Assembly: GCA_030390025.1 (NCBI GenBank)
Contig: CM059431.1
Span: 100,256,001 to 100,320,000 of the forward strand
Source: Squalus acanthias
Lineage: Eukaryota
Length of the DNA stretch: 64,000 bases
Direction of reading: 5' to 3'
The first letter of the stretch is position 1. Each line of letters begins with the position of its first letter. Positions 13,423 through 27,138 of this stretch are shown here, one piece after another. A program made the position numbers and the translations under genes. The notes under the pieces were generated by a model that was not told the origin of the DNA, searched no databases, and saw only the letters and a list, made by a program, of their open reading frames with translations.

Positions 13423-15926
13423 TAGGCCTGCTTTTATCTTTCAAACCAGGAAGAAATAGTTTGGTGAAATATAATGGCCCAGAATCTTGCTGGCGTGGGG
13501 AATCTCGCGGTGTGCCCTGTTAGTTAGACTTCTTCCCTCGCACTTCAGCTCGAATATAATTTGCCCTGTAACTCGCTGGCAGTGCGAGCTGATAACGGCA
13601 CGGCGAGGGCATCTGGGACCCCAGTGAACGACGGGACCAACAGTCTGTCTCCTTAACCCATGGGATTTAAGGATTGAGAAATAAACAGAGGAACAACGGA
13701 GAAAGAAATCGGGTGAATTAGAGTCAAATCAGGTACAGAAAGAGAAATAAAGAGAGGGAAAGAAAGATCGGATTAAGAGAGAGAGAGAGAGAGAGAGAAA
13801 GAGACAAAGGAAAAGTAGGAAAAAGTTTATTTAAATTTTTAAATGTTAAAAATCTCTAAACAATTTACTACCTGTTAGAATGAGACTCCACAGTATAAAT
13901 TGTTCCCTTTCTGGGCCGGAGTGTTTGCGTGGCATTTGAGGAACATAAAACTCGCCCATCCCCAAATCGAATTAATCACCGCGGCGATTTCCTGCCAATT
14001 GCGCCCGTTTTAAAAGCATTTAAATATTTGAAAAATATTTAGTTTACTAAGAAACTGATTAATGTATACCGATGAAATGGTTCAGTACAGGTTTTTTTAA
14101 AAGTCATTTTCAATTATTTTACGTCCAGTTACTCACGGGTGGGGGACTGGACACTCTGATTAAAAATGTTTATTTTTGGTGATAAACCCATTTTCAGCCG
14201 TGTTAATCAAACTGCACCAGGTTACCGCTCTTAAACACATCAGGGACCACTGTTTAATGCAAAATAAACAATTCCGTTCTAAAAGGCTGCCCGGTTGCGC
14301 TGGTCCGTGGAGGATTTTGCGTTTGTGATTACGCACATGTGTTTACGCGGAAACATGAACCGTAACTTCACTCCGGGAAAACTAGCGCAATTTGCTCCCG
14401 GATTGCCAGTTGCGGAAACTCTACCCCCTGTTATTCTTTCTACCGAAGGCTGGTAAGAAAAAAAAAAAATTGTCAGCGGTGGTTTTGAGCACAGACTGAT
14501 CACGCTGACATGAGTTAACAAAAAGCATTTGCGTTTTACGCACATTATCTTTGCTCACACTATCACTAATGATGATCAACATTTACCACTGTAGAGTTTG
14601 GCAGAGGAGTCAAGTAAATAGGATCAATTACAAAACTTTTTTTTTCGCAACAATTTATGTAGGGCCCATCTAGGCAAGTACTTACTATTCATGGTACTTC
14701 TTACATACGGAGTTTTCTTTCTACAAGCAGTGGTTGACAATTTTGTTAGAAATCTTCACCAGAGGAGATCTTCACTCGTTCGTTTGTGTGATCACTACCC
14801 ATAGTGACCACTGGATTCAAGTTGGTGTTGTTGCTTGTTAATTATTCACATGATTTGATATCAAACAAAACTATCTAACTCCATATGCAATTCATTTACG
14901 TGGAGAGACTGGAGAAACTGGAGTTGTTCTCCGTAGAGCAGAGAAGGTTAAGGGCAGATTTAATAGAGGTGTTCAAAATCATGAAGGGTTTTGATAGAGT
15001 AAATAAGGAGAAGCTGTTTCCAGTGGCCAGAGGGTCGGTAACCAGAGGACACAGATTGAAGGTAATTGGCAAAAGAACCAGAGGGAGATGAAGAGATGTA
15101 TTTTTTTACACAGCGAGTTGTTGTGATATGGAATGTGCTGCCTGAAAGGGCGGTGGAAGCAGATTCAATAGTAACTTTCAAAAGGGAATTGGATAAATAC
15201 TTCAAGGGGAGCATTATGCAGGGCTCTGGGGAAAGAGCAGGGGGAGTGGGACTAATTGGAGAGCTCTTTCAAAGAGCCGGCACAGGCACGATGGGCCGAA
15301 TGACCTCCTTCTATGCTGTATCATTCCATGATTCTATGAAATAATTTTGACCCCAGAAAGCAGAAAATTCTGGAAATACAGAGCAGGTCCATCAGTATCT
15401 GTAAATGGAAAACACAGGTTAACGTTTCTGGTGTAGCCCCTTCATCAGAACTGGAAACTGTGGGAGTTAAGCACGTCCCTTTTTTAAAAATTAGTTCACG
15501 GGATGTGGCCGTCGCTGGGAAGGCCAACATTTATTGCCCATCCCTAATTGCCCTTGAGAAGGTGGTGGTGAGCTGCCTTCTTGAACCGCTGCAGTCCGTG
15601 TGGTGAAGGTGCTCCCACAGTGCTGTTCGGGAGGGAGTTCCAGGATTTAGACCCAGCGACGATGAAGGAACGGCCGATATATTTCCAAGTCAGGATGGTG
15701 TGTGACTCGGAGGGGAACTTGGAGGTAGTGTTGTTACCATGCGCCTGCTGCCCTTGTCTTATCTAGGTGGAAGAGGTCGCGGGTTTGGGAGGTGCTGCCG
15801 AAGAAGCCTTGGCGAGTTGCTGCAGTGCATCTTGTCAATGGTGCACATGAGGACCATATGCCATAAAGGAGCGTGCTTATCTTCCCGGTTTAGTTCTGAC
15901 CAAGATCCTTTTTTTGAAGACATTGA

Positions 15927-16085
<159 letters not shown>

Positions 16086-16215
16086 TAGGTTCAATTATTT
16101 ACAACATCTGAAATCTTTCTGGGCTTATTCCATTTTTTAATTTTGAGTGTAAATATTATTTTATTTCCTCCTCTCCCTCCTTCACCACCTCAAGAGAAAG
16201 TCTCTTATTCACAAT

Positions 16216-16608
16216 GGGGTACGGTAGCTTCGTGGTTATGTTACTGGACTAGTAATCCAGAGGCCTGGACTAATGATCCAGAGACGTGAGTTCAAATCCC
16301 ACCACGGCAGCTGGGGAATTTAAATTCAGTTAATTAAATAAATCTGGAATAAAAAGCTAGTATCAGTAATGGCGACCATGAAACTACCGGATTGTCATAA
16401 AAACCCATTAGGTACACTGATGTCTTTAGGGAAGGAAATCTGCTGTCCTTACCCGGTCTGGCCTATATGTGACCCCAGACCCACAGCAATGTGGTTGACT
16501 CTTAACTGCCCTCTGAAATGGCCCAGCGAGCCACTCAAGGGCAATTAGGGATGGGCAATAAATGCCTTGCCAGCGCGCCCACATCCCGTGAATGAATAAT
16601 GAAAAAAA
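16216..16608 (+). mobile_element. tRNA-derived SINE sharing its 3' tail with the LINE at 27139-28910; a minus-strand copy lies at about 7055-7745
   Basis: B box GAGTTCAAATCCC; tail GGGCAATTAGGGATGGGCAATAAATG..CCCACATCCCGTGAATGAATAA. Confidence 0.75.
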
Positions 16609-17879
16609 ACCTCAGTCAGACATGAGGGCAGAATGGTCTTGCCTTGTCAATATCCATTTCTGGTGCTATTGCAGGGTCTGCGCAGACCAGCCAACATTGA
16701 GAATCGGGTGTTAAGGGGCCATCCACCTGAGCAACGCATTTATAAAAGCAGTCAATAGTGACACTGTATCTGAACTCGGGAGTGTTGGTGCTGTCTGCCC
16801 CACACTTGAAACATTCACCTTTAAAACGGACAGTCGCTTATATCGGCCAAAATGCGATGATCATTTTCCATTTGCATTAATGGCTGATCTTCTACCTCAT
16901 CTCCACTATCCCTTGATTCCTTTAATATTCAAAAATCTATCGATCAACGGTTTGAAGTAGCCAGATCGATACTAAATCAGGAGGTTTTTCTTTGTCTTAG
17001 CCTTGTGGCTTCTGACTACCATAAAAGAGGGCCTTCTTTGAAACCTTGCTGATGGCGGTGTCCAAAGCCGTGACGTTTTTCTGTTCTATTTCTGTCTCCT
17101 GGTTTTCTTTTATCAACAGGCAAAAGCCTGTAGTATGCGGTTACCCCTCGTCCGTGTCTTTGTCACCACCAGACTCCACTCCTCCAACGCTCTCCTGGCC
17201 AGCCCACCAACTTCCAACCCTTCGTAAACTTGAGCTTATCCAAAACTCAGCTGCCCGTTCTGCGCTCGTTGATCTACACTGGCTCCCGGTCCGGCAATGC
17301 CTCAATTTAAAAAATCTCATCCTCGTGTTCAAATCCCTCCACGGCCTCGGCCCCTCCCTATCTCTGTAACCTCCTCCAGCCCTACAATCCTCCGAGATCT
17401 CTGCGCTCCTCCAATTCTGGCCTCTTGCGCATCCACTGGTGGCCGTGCCTTCAGCTGCCTGGGCCCCAAGCTCTGGAATTCCCTCCCTAAACCTCTCCGC
17501 CTCTCTACCTCTCTCCTCCTTTAAGACGCTCCTTAAAACCGACCTCTTTGACCAAGCTTTTGGTCACCTGCCCTAATACCTCCTTATGTGGCTCAGTGTC
17601 AAATTTTGTCTGATAACAGATCGGAAAATTTGCAGGGCTACGGGGAAAGAGCAGGGGGGAGTGGGACTAATTGGAGAGCTCTTTCAAAGGGCAGGCACGA
17701 TGGGCCGAATGGCCTCCTTCTGTGCTAAAAGATTCTGTGATTCTATAACACTCCTGTGAACCGCCTTGGGACGTTTTACTACGCTATCTAAATGCAAGTT
17801 GTTGTTGCTTTATGAACGGGCTGGGTTTTTTTTTTATTCCATTAGTCGACATGTCTAAAGTTGGAAGTGGCCAAGCTAA

Positions 17880-18104
<225 letters not shown>

Positions 18105-18529
18105 TAATAATTTCAATCTCTTCAACTAGAAAGACTGAACAGGCGGGGGCTCTTCTCTCCAGAAAAGAGAAGACTGAGGGGTGACCTGATAGAGGTCTTT
18201 AAAATTATGAAAGGGTTTGATAGGGTAGACGTAGAGAAGATGTTTCCACTTGTGGGGGAGACCAGAACTAGGAGCCATCAATATCAGATAGTCACCAATA
18301 AATCCAATTGGGAATTCAGGAGAAACTTCTTTCCCCAGAGAGTGGTGAGAATGTGGAACTCGCTACCACAGGGAGTGGTTAAGGCGAATCGCACAGTAAA
18401 ATCATTTATATTATTATTTAATAATTTTCCAGCAATCATATTATCCTGATGCTAATTTTAAATCTGGGGCAAAAAAACAGCATACAATAATGTGCTTCTC
18501 TTGCCAGCAACAATCCAACTTTCCTGATG

Positions 18530-19655
18530 AGTTAGCATGCAGGTACAGCAAGTAATCAAAAAGGCAAATGGAATGTTGGCCTTTATTGCAAGGGGGTTGG
18601 AGTATAAAAGCAGGGAAGTCCTGCTACAACTGTACAATGTATTGGTGAGACCACACCTGGAGTACTGCGTACAGTTTTGGTCTCCTTATTTAAGGAAGGA
18701 TATACTTGCATTGGAGGCAGTCAGAGAAGGTTCACTAGGTTAATTCCTGAGATGAGGGGTTTGACTTATGAAGAAAGGTTGAGCAGGTTGGGCCTATACT
18801 CATTGGAATTTAGAAGAATGAGAGGTGATCTTATTGAAACATATAAGATACTGAGGGGGCTCAACAAGGTAGATGCAGAGAGGATGTTTCCCCTCATGGG
18901 GAAATCTAGAACTCAGGGGCATAGTTTCAGAATAAAGGATCGCCCTTTTAGAACTGAGATGAGGAGGAATTTCTTCTCTCAGAGGGTCATAAACCTGTGG
19001 AATTCTCTGCCCCAGAGAGCTGTGGAGGCTGGGTCATTAAATACATTTAAGGTGGAGATAGACAGATTTTTACAAGATAAGGGAGTGAAGGGTTATGGGG
19101 AGCGGGCAGGGAAGTGGCTTTGAGCCCAAGATCAGCCATGATCTTATTGAATGGCGGAGCAGGCTCGAGGGGCCAAGTGGCCTATTCCTGCTCCTATTTC
19201 TGATGTTCTTATGAGTGCAGGAACTAGTGGCGAGACTGGAGAAGCTGGGATTGTTCTCCGTAGTGCAGAGAAGGTTAAAGGGAGATTTGATAGAGGTGTT
19301 CAAAATCATGTAGGGTTTTGATAAGAGTAAGTAAGCAGAAACTGTTTCCAGTGGCAGGAGGGTGGGTAACCAGAGGACACAGATTAAAGGTGATTGGCAA
19401 AAGAACCAGAGGGGGAGATGAGGAGAATTTTTTTACGCAGCGAGTTGTTGTGATCTGGAATGCACTGCCTGAAAGGGCAGTGGAAGCAGATTCAATAGTA
19501 ACTTTCAAAGGAAAATTGGATACATACTTGAAAAGGAGAAATTTGCAGGGCTCTGGGGACAGAGCAGGGGAGTGGGACTAATTGGAGAGCTCGTTCAAAG
19601 AGCCGGCACAGGCACAATGGGCCGAATGGCCTCCTTCTGTGCTGTATCATCCTAT
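18530..19655 (+). mobile_element. Two consecutive CR1 (HER1-like) 3' fragments
   Basis: [51 protein letters not shown], tail GATGGGCCGAATGGCCT. Confidence 0.9.
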
Positions 19656-20276
19656 GAACTGCCATGAATCTGAGATCATGACGATACTGAAGTTCATATT
19701 GTGAATGTGTGCCATATTAAATTCCAGTGCTCCAAAACTGGAAGCCCTAAATTTTAATATATTTTTAACATTGTGCTTCTACCTTCCTTTCATATGATCT
19801 CGGAACACAGGAACAGGAGGAGGCCATTCAGCCCCTCGAGCCTGTTCCGCCATTCACTTAGTTCATGGCTGATCTGTATCTTAACTCCATCTACCCGCCT
19901 TGGTTCCGTAACCCTTAATACCCTCGCCTAACAAAAATCTATCAATCTCAGTTTTGAAATTTTCAATTGCCCCCCCAGCCTCAACAGCTTTTGGGGGGGA
20001 GAGAGTTCCAGATTTCCACTACCCTTTGTGTGAAGAAGTGACTCCTGACATCACCCCTGAATGGCCTGGCTCTAATTTTAAGGTGATGCCTCCTTGTTCT
20101 GGACCCCCCCACCAGAGGAAATAGTTTCTCTCTCTCTACACTGTCAACTCCTTTTAATCATCGTAAACACCTTGATTAGATCACCCCTTAATCTTCTATA
20201 CTCGATGGAATACAAGCCCAGTCTGTGCAACCTGTCCTCGTGATTTAACCCTTTGTTCTGCTCCATATAAAATGTG

Positions 20277-20474
20277 GAGATGCCGGTGTTGGACTGGGGT
20301 GGACAAATGTGAGAAGTTGCACAACACCAGGTTATAGTCCAACAGTTTTATTTGAAATCACAAGCTTTCGGAGCGCTGCTCCTTCGTCAGGTGACCTGAC
20401 GAAGGAGCAGCGCTCCGAAAGCTTGTGATTTCAAATAAAACTGTTGGACTATAACCTGGTGTTGTGCAACTTCT
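20277..20474. mobile_element. Penelope-like element end with inverted duplication and hammerhead ribozyme motifs
   Basis: Perfect palindrome 20310-20476; CTGACGA-A-GGAGC-AGC-GCTCC-GAAA core; CATATAAAATGTG repeated at 20264-20276 and 20475-20487. Confidence 0.8.
20358..20394 (-). ncRNA. Minimal type I hammerhead ribozyme motif (Penelope type)
   Basis: TCAC-CTGACGA-A-GGAGC-AGC-GCTCC-GAAA-GCTT-GTGA: conserved core, stem II, TCAC/GTGA stem I, palindromic AAGCTT helix III. Confidence 0.7.
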
Positions 20475-20515
20475 CATATAAAATGTGATTTGAGACAACT
20501 AAAGTAATTTTCTAG

Positions 20516-21241
<726 letters not shown>

Positions 21242-24200
21242 TAGAGGCACTGGAGAAGGTGCAAAAAAGATTTACAATGGATGATACCTGAACTGAGAGG
21301 GTATAACTATCAGGAAAGACTGACGAGGCTGGGGCTCTTCTCTAGAAAAGAGAAGGCTGAGGGGTGACCTGATAGAGGTCTTTAAAATTATGAAAGGTTT
21401 CGATAGGGTAGACACAGAGAAGATGTTTCCACTTAAGGGCGAGTCCAAAACTAGGGGCCGTAAATATAAGATAGTCACTAATAAATCCAATAGGGAATTC
21501 AGGAGAAACTTCTTTACCCAAAGACTGGTGAGAATGTGGAACTGTGGTGGTTGAGGTGAATAGCAGAGATACATTTAAGGGGAAGCCAGATAAGTGCATG
21601 AGGGAGAAAGGAATAGAAGGTTGCTGAGGTGAGATGAAGAGGGGTGGGAGGAGGCTCGTGTGGAGCAGAAACACCGGCACGGACCAGTTGGGCCGAATGG
21701 CCTGTTTCGGTGCTGTAAACACTTTGTGATTCGTGTATATATGGTTCGGTAAAGCAATAGCTTTCTTTAAATAAAGGGCAGGAGGGGAGTGGGACTAATT
21801 GGACAGTTCTTTGAAAGAGCCGGCACAGGCACGATGGGCCGAATGGCCTCCTATTACATAGAATATACAGCACAGAAACAGGCCATTCTTCCCAACTAGT
21901 TTGTGCTTGTGTTTATGCTCCACACGAGTCTCCTCCAATTCCATCTGCCTCATCTCAGCCTCTCAGCCTATCTTTCTATTCCCTTTTCTCTCATGTACTC
22001 GTCTAGTTTCCTTTTGAAAGCATCTCTGCTGTTCGGCTCAACCACTTCCTGTGGTAGCGAGTTCCACATTCTAACCACACTCTGAGGAAAGACATTTCTC
22101 CTTATTTCCCTATTGGATTTATTAATGGCCATCTTGTATTTAGAACAACAACAACTTGTATTTATATAGCACCTTTAACGTATTAAAATGTCCCAAGGCG
22201 CTGCACAGGAGTATTACAAGACAAAAATTTGACACCGAGCCATATAAGGAGAAATTAGGGCAGGTGACCAAAAGCTTGGTCAAAGAGGTCGGTTTTAAGG
22301 AGCATCTTAAAGGAGGAGAGAGAGGTAGCGAGGCGGAGAGGTTTAGGCAGGGAATTCCAGAGCTTAGGGCCCAGGCAACAGAAGGCACGGCCACCAATGG
22401 TGGAGCGATTATAATCAGGGATGCTCAAGAGGCCAGAATTAGAGGAGGGCAGATATCTCGGGGGGTTGTGGGGCTGAGGAGATTACAGAGATAGGAGGGG
22501 CGAGGCCATGGAGGGATTTGAAAACAAGGATGAGAATTTTGAAATCGAGGCATTGCTTATCCGGGAGCCAATGTAGGTCAGCGAGCACAGGGGGAGATGG
22601 GTGAATCGGACTTGGTGCGAGTTAGGACACGGGCAGCCGAGTTTTGGATGAGGGTTTCAGCAGCAGATGAACCCCTAGTTTTGGATTCTCCCACAAGTAC
22701 GTGCTGCATCATTCTGTGATTCTCTGATAGGAAAGCAACACACCTCGGCTGAGAATCAATGTTCGAGGTGCCAGTGAAAGGAATGAGCTGCATGGATAGC
22801 TTCTTAAACTGAGCTGCAGGAACTGCCACAATACTGTGGGAAAAGCTGTCAAAATTCACGAAACTATGAATGTAATATGTGAAGTAGCAGAGGAGCAGGA
22901 ATGGCTTTTTTCTGCATGAGCTACCTCATCAATAGCCTTGTACAGGGACACCACCATGATAATTGGACTGTATTTTTTAACGAGCTGATAGAATAAAGTT
23001 AATGTGCAGCTCAGTGGAAACGCGGTACTAGAGAAACAGAGCCTAGCAATCCGCAAAAACCTCTTTTGATGAGTCTTCCAAATTTGTTTCTGAACCCATT
23101 TAATATGCTCGCCAAGGCTTCTTCAGCAGCACCTCCCAAACCCGCGACCTCTTCCACCTAGAAGGACAAGGGCAGCAGACACATGGGAACACCACCACCT
23201 CCAAGTTCCCCTCCAAGTCTCACACCAACCTGACTTGGAAATATATCGCCGATCCTTCATCGTCGCTGGGTCAAAATCCTGGAACTCCCTCCCTAACAGC
23301 ACTGTGGGAGCACCTTCACCACACGGACTGCAGCGGTTCAAGAAGGCGGCTCACCACCACCTTCTCGAGGGCAGTTAGGGATGGGCAATAAATGCTGGCC
23401 TTGCCAGCGACGCCCACATCTCGTGGATGAATAAAAAAAAGAATTTTATATCGGAAATCCAGACAACAAATTGGACGTAACAAAGGTTTCAGCGATGTAT
23501 TAGGGAGTTAGACTACAATGGGTAATTTAAGGACATTTATAGCTCGCAAAAAATATAAAAAATCAATTGTAATTTCTAAATGCTTGCTAAATTTAACATC
23601 CTTTGCACTTAAACCACTTAAATAAAACATAAAGGTTCTTTTCCCTGTCATAATAATATCAATTATAAAATTGAAAAGCTGTTTATATTGCAGACGGCAC
23701 TGTGAATATAAAGTATGTCACTAGGCATTGCATTTCCAGTATATGTTGCAGCCTCTTCAATACAGTGAATCATAGCAGAAGACAATAATATGTGTAGGCA
23801 AGTTTTACAGGCTACAGGGATTATTAGCTACTGCATTTGTATAAAGAAAGACAGATTTACATTTCTATAGCGCCTTTCACGACCTCAGGACGTCCCAAAG
23901 CGCTTTACAACCAGTAAGTACTTTTTGAAGTGGAGTCACTGTTGTAATGTAGGAAACGCGGCAGCCAATTTACGCACAGCAAGCTCCCACAAACAGCAAT
24001 AACCAGATAATAGGAACATAAGAAATAAGAGCAGGAGTCGGCCATACAGCCCCTCGAGTCTGCTCTGCCATTCAATACGATCATGGCTGATCTTCGACCT
24101 CACCTTAGAGTCCAAAAATCTATCGATCTCAGCCTTGAATATACTCATCGACTGAGCCTCCACAGCCCTCTGGGGTGGAGAATTCCAAAGATTCACCACC

Positions 24201-24284
24201 CTCTGAGTGAAGAAATTCCTCCTGATCTCAGTCCTAAATGGCCGACTCCTTATCCTGAGACTGTGACCCCTGGTTCTAGACTCT

Positions 24285-26021
24285 GGGCTGGATTTTGCCA
24301 GCGGAGGCGGGATTGTGGCGGGAGAGGTGGTTGGTGGGGTCCGGTCCCTCTCCCGGCTCCAGCCCGCTCTGTGAAAAGGATTTTCCGTTATTAGGACTTG
24401 TTAGGCCCGCCCTGTGGGGTTCCCAGCCAGTTAAAAGGAAGCGGGTCTGATGACGTCATTTGATGACGCGGCATCAGCTGGTTTCCTTAAAGGGTCCACG
24501 GCCACAATCATTTTGACAGTTGTGCTGCCAGTGTTCTACAGCATTGAGGTGCTGCAAACACTGACAATCACTGCACAGAGGTGCACCGTTGCACCCAAGC
24601 GCTCCCATGACTCCCTCCGTATGCTATGGAGGGAGTCACAGCACACAGAGAGGTTCTCGTCCCTTCCAAGGGCGGAAGAGACCTCCCCAGGAGACCAACG
24701 CTGCCTGGTTGCACATTGCACAGGAGGGCACAAGCAGGGATGTCGTCAGGAGGACCAGGCTGCAGTGGCACCAACCTTTCAATGATCGCAGTAGATCACG
24801 AAACATTACTGCAAAGCCACACTCAACCTCATCCTGCTGTGCCTCTCATCACATCCCCATCACTCTGCCTTCCCTACCCTACTCCTGCACATCCTTACTC
24901 ACACCAACTTATCTTGCACCTCCACCCATCCCTCTCTATCTACATTATCACTTCCCCATCTCAATAGCCACCCCTCACACTCACCCTCATCCTAGTGCAA
25001 TCATACCAACTAACAACACACAAGGGTAGACACTTGGGTGTTTTATGCAATGGTCATGTACAGTTTCTGTTAATGTGTTGTCGAACATTTAAATCTTTAT
25101 TTTCAACACTTTGCCTTATTGCACAGATCTGTGCTCACCTTTGGAAGTGTCTTAGTGAGTTGCAGTGAATGGTGAGACATAATGGTATCCCCCACAATGG
25201 TGATGAGTGTGTAAGGAATGGCTTGGACATTGTAGGGATGCTTTATGGTGCTGGTGTGGGGTGGTGCCAACCTGGCGCATCCTGTGGCAGCCAGGGTGTA
25301 CAGTGTCAAGTGAAGTAAATCTGGCCATGGTGAGGCCATCCCTGGCAGCAATATTGTCAGGGGCTGATGTCCTGTGTACTGTGCAGGTAATTGCAGAGAA
25401 GGTTGGTGCTGTTGTTGGTGTGCCTGCTGATGCTGGTGTTGGAGCTGATTGTGGAGGGATTCGGAGGACCAAGGTGAGATTTTTTCAAGGGCACCGATGT
25501 TGCTGGAATAGATGGCAGCAGAAGTTGAGATGACAGAAGCGATCTGTCAGTGGTGAGAGAGCTTGCTCCAAGGAGGTGACACTGGATAGAGAGTTTACTC
25601 CAAACTGCATACAGCTCAAAAGTCTCTTCCAAGTCCTGAAGTCTCAAGCTTCTGACATTGGAAAGTGACCAGCTGTGAAATGGTAGCTTTCAGACCACTT
25701 TTGCAGCTGTCAGCTATTCACAGCAATGGGGAGACATAGAGAACCCGCCCTACTTACCTGACGTGGAACAACGGGAACCCCATTAAAAATGTGGTAAAAT
25801 AGAAAAAGGCTGGCAAAATAGTTGGTAACAAGCAGTTAAATATCTTAAATGCCTCCCCCGCTGCTTGGTGTTGGGTCTGTTCTGAAATCACAGACCCGAC
25901 ACTCTGGAATCTTACATGGAGGCGGAGTCGGAGCGGGTTCCCAACCTGCTGTCAATCATTTTGATTTTGACAGTGGACCCGCCTCCAAATCCACCCTCTG
26001 GGCGCCGGCAAAATCGCGGCC
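24285..26021 (+). mobile_element. Internally deleted PIF/Harbinger element with a Myb/SANT-like remnant
   Basis: TIR GGGCTGGATTTTGCC / GGCAAAATCGCGGCC, 3-bp TSD TCT/TCT; frameshifted APKRSHDSL..EGVTAHREVL..AAWLHIAQE..RTRLQWHQPFND. Confidence 0.8.
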
Positions 26022-26029
26022 TCTGTTTT

Positions 26030-26838
26030 TTTTTAGTCATGTTGGTTAAGGGATAAATATTGGCCAGGACAGAAGGGATAACTCTTCTTCGAAATAGTGG
26101 CCTTGGGATCTTTTACGTACATCTGAGAGGACAGACGGGTCCTCGGTTTAACGTCTCATCGAAATGACGGCACCTTCAACAGTGCAGCGCTCCCTCAGTA
26201 CTGCCCCTCTGACAGTGCAGCGCTCCCTCAGTACTGCCCTCCGACAGTGCGGCGCTCCCTCAGTACTGCCCCTCCGACAGTGCGGCGCTTCCTCGGTACT
26301 GCCCCTCTGACAGTGCGGCGCTCCCTCAGTACTGCCCCTCCGACAGTGCAGCGCTCCCTCAGTACTGCCCTCCGACAGTGCGGCGCTCCCTCAGTACTGT
26401 CCCTCCGACAGTGTGGCGCTTCCTCGGTACTGCCCCTCTGACAGTGCAGCGCTCCCTCAGTACTGCCCCTCCGACAGTGCAGCGCTGCCTCGGTACTGCC
26501 CCTCTGACAGTGCGGCGCTCCCTCAGTACTGCCCCTCCGACAGTGCAGCGCTCCCTCAGTACTGCCCCTCCGACAGTGCGGCACTCCCTCAGTACTGCCC
26601 CTCCGACAGTGCAGCACTCTCTCAGTACTGCCCCTCCGACAGTGCGGCGCTCCCTCAGTACTGTCCCTCCGACAGTGCAGCGCTCTCTCAGTACTGCCCC
26701 TCCGACAGTGCGGCACTCCCTCAGTACTGCACTGGAGTGTCAGTCTAGATTTTGTGCTCAAGTCCCTGGAGGGGGATTTGAACCCACAACCTTCTGACTT
26801 GGAGGCGAGGGTGCTACCCACTGAGCCACGGTCAACAC
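26030..26838 (-). mobile_element. DeuSINE with 33-bp array (about 16-17 units), 3' truncated
   Basis: Same head, array and Deu domain. Confidence 0.85.
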
Positions 26839-27138
26839 CTTGTTCCGTACACTAAATAATGAGTTTATTAAAGGGGTACCACCTGCGTGGAACAGCATTT
26901 GGTAAACTCTTGCGTTTGGAGAGAGAAAAGAGCCATGCTACGTTTTTGTCAACATATCATCACATGAAATTGGTTCAATGATGCATTTTGACATCATTTA
27001 CAAAATCATTTGCCAAGGCTTTTCTTGTGAAAGTGATGCTCCGCAGAGTTACTACCAACTATCATTCTCTACACCTCTCTGTCTGTCTGCCATGGCTCCA
27101 TCCTAATTGCAGCCACCCACGGCTGACTGAGTATAATC

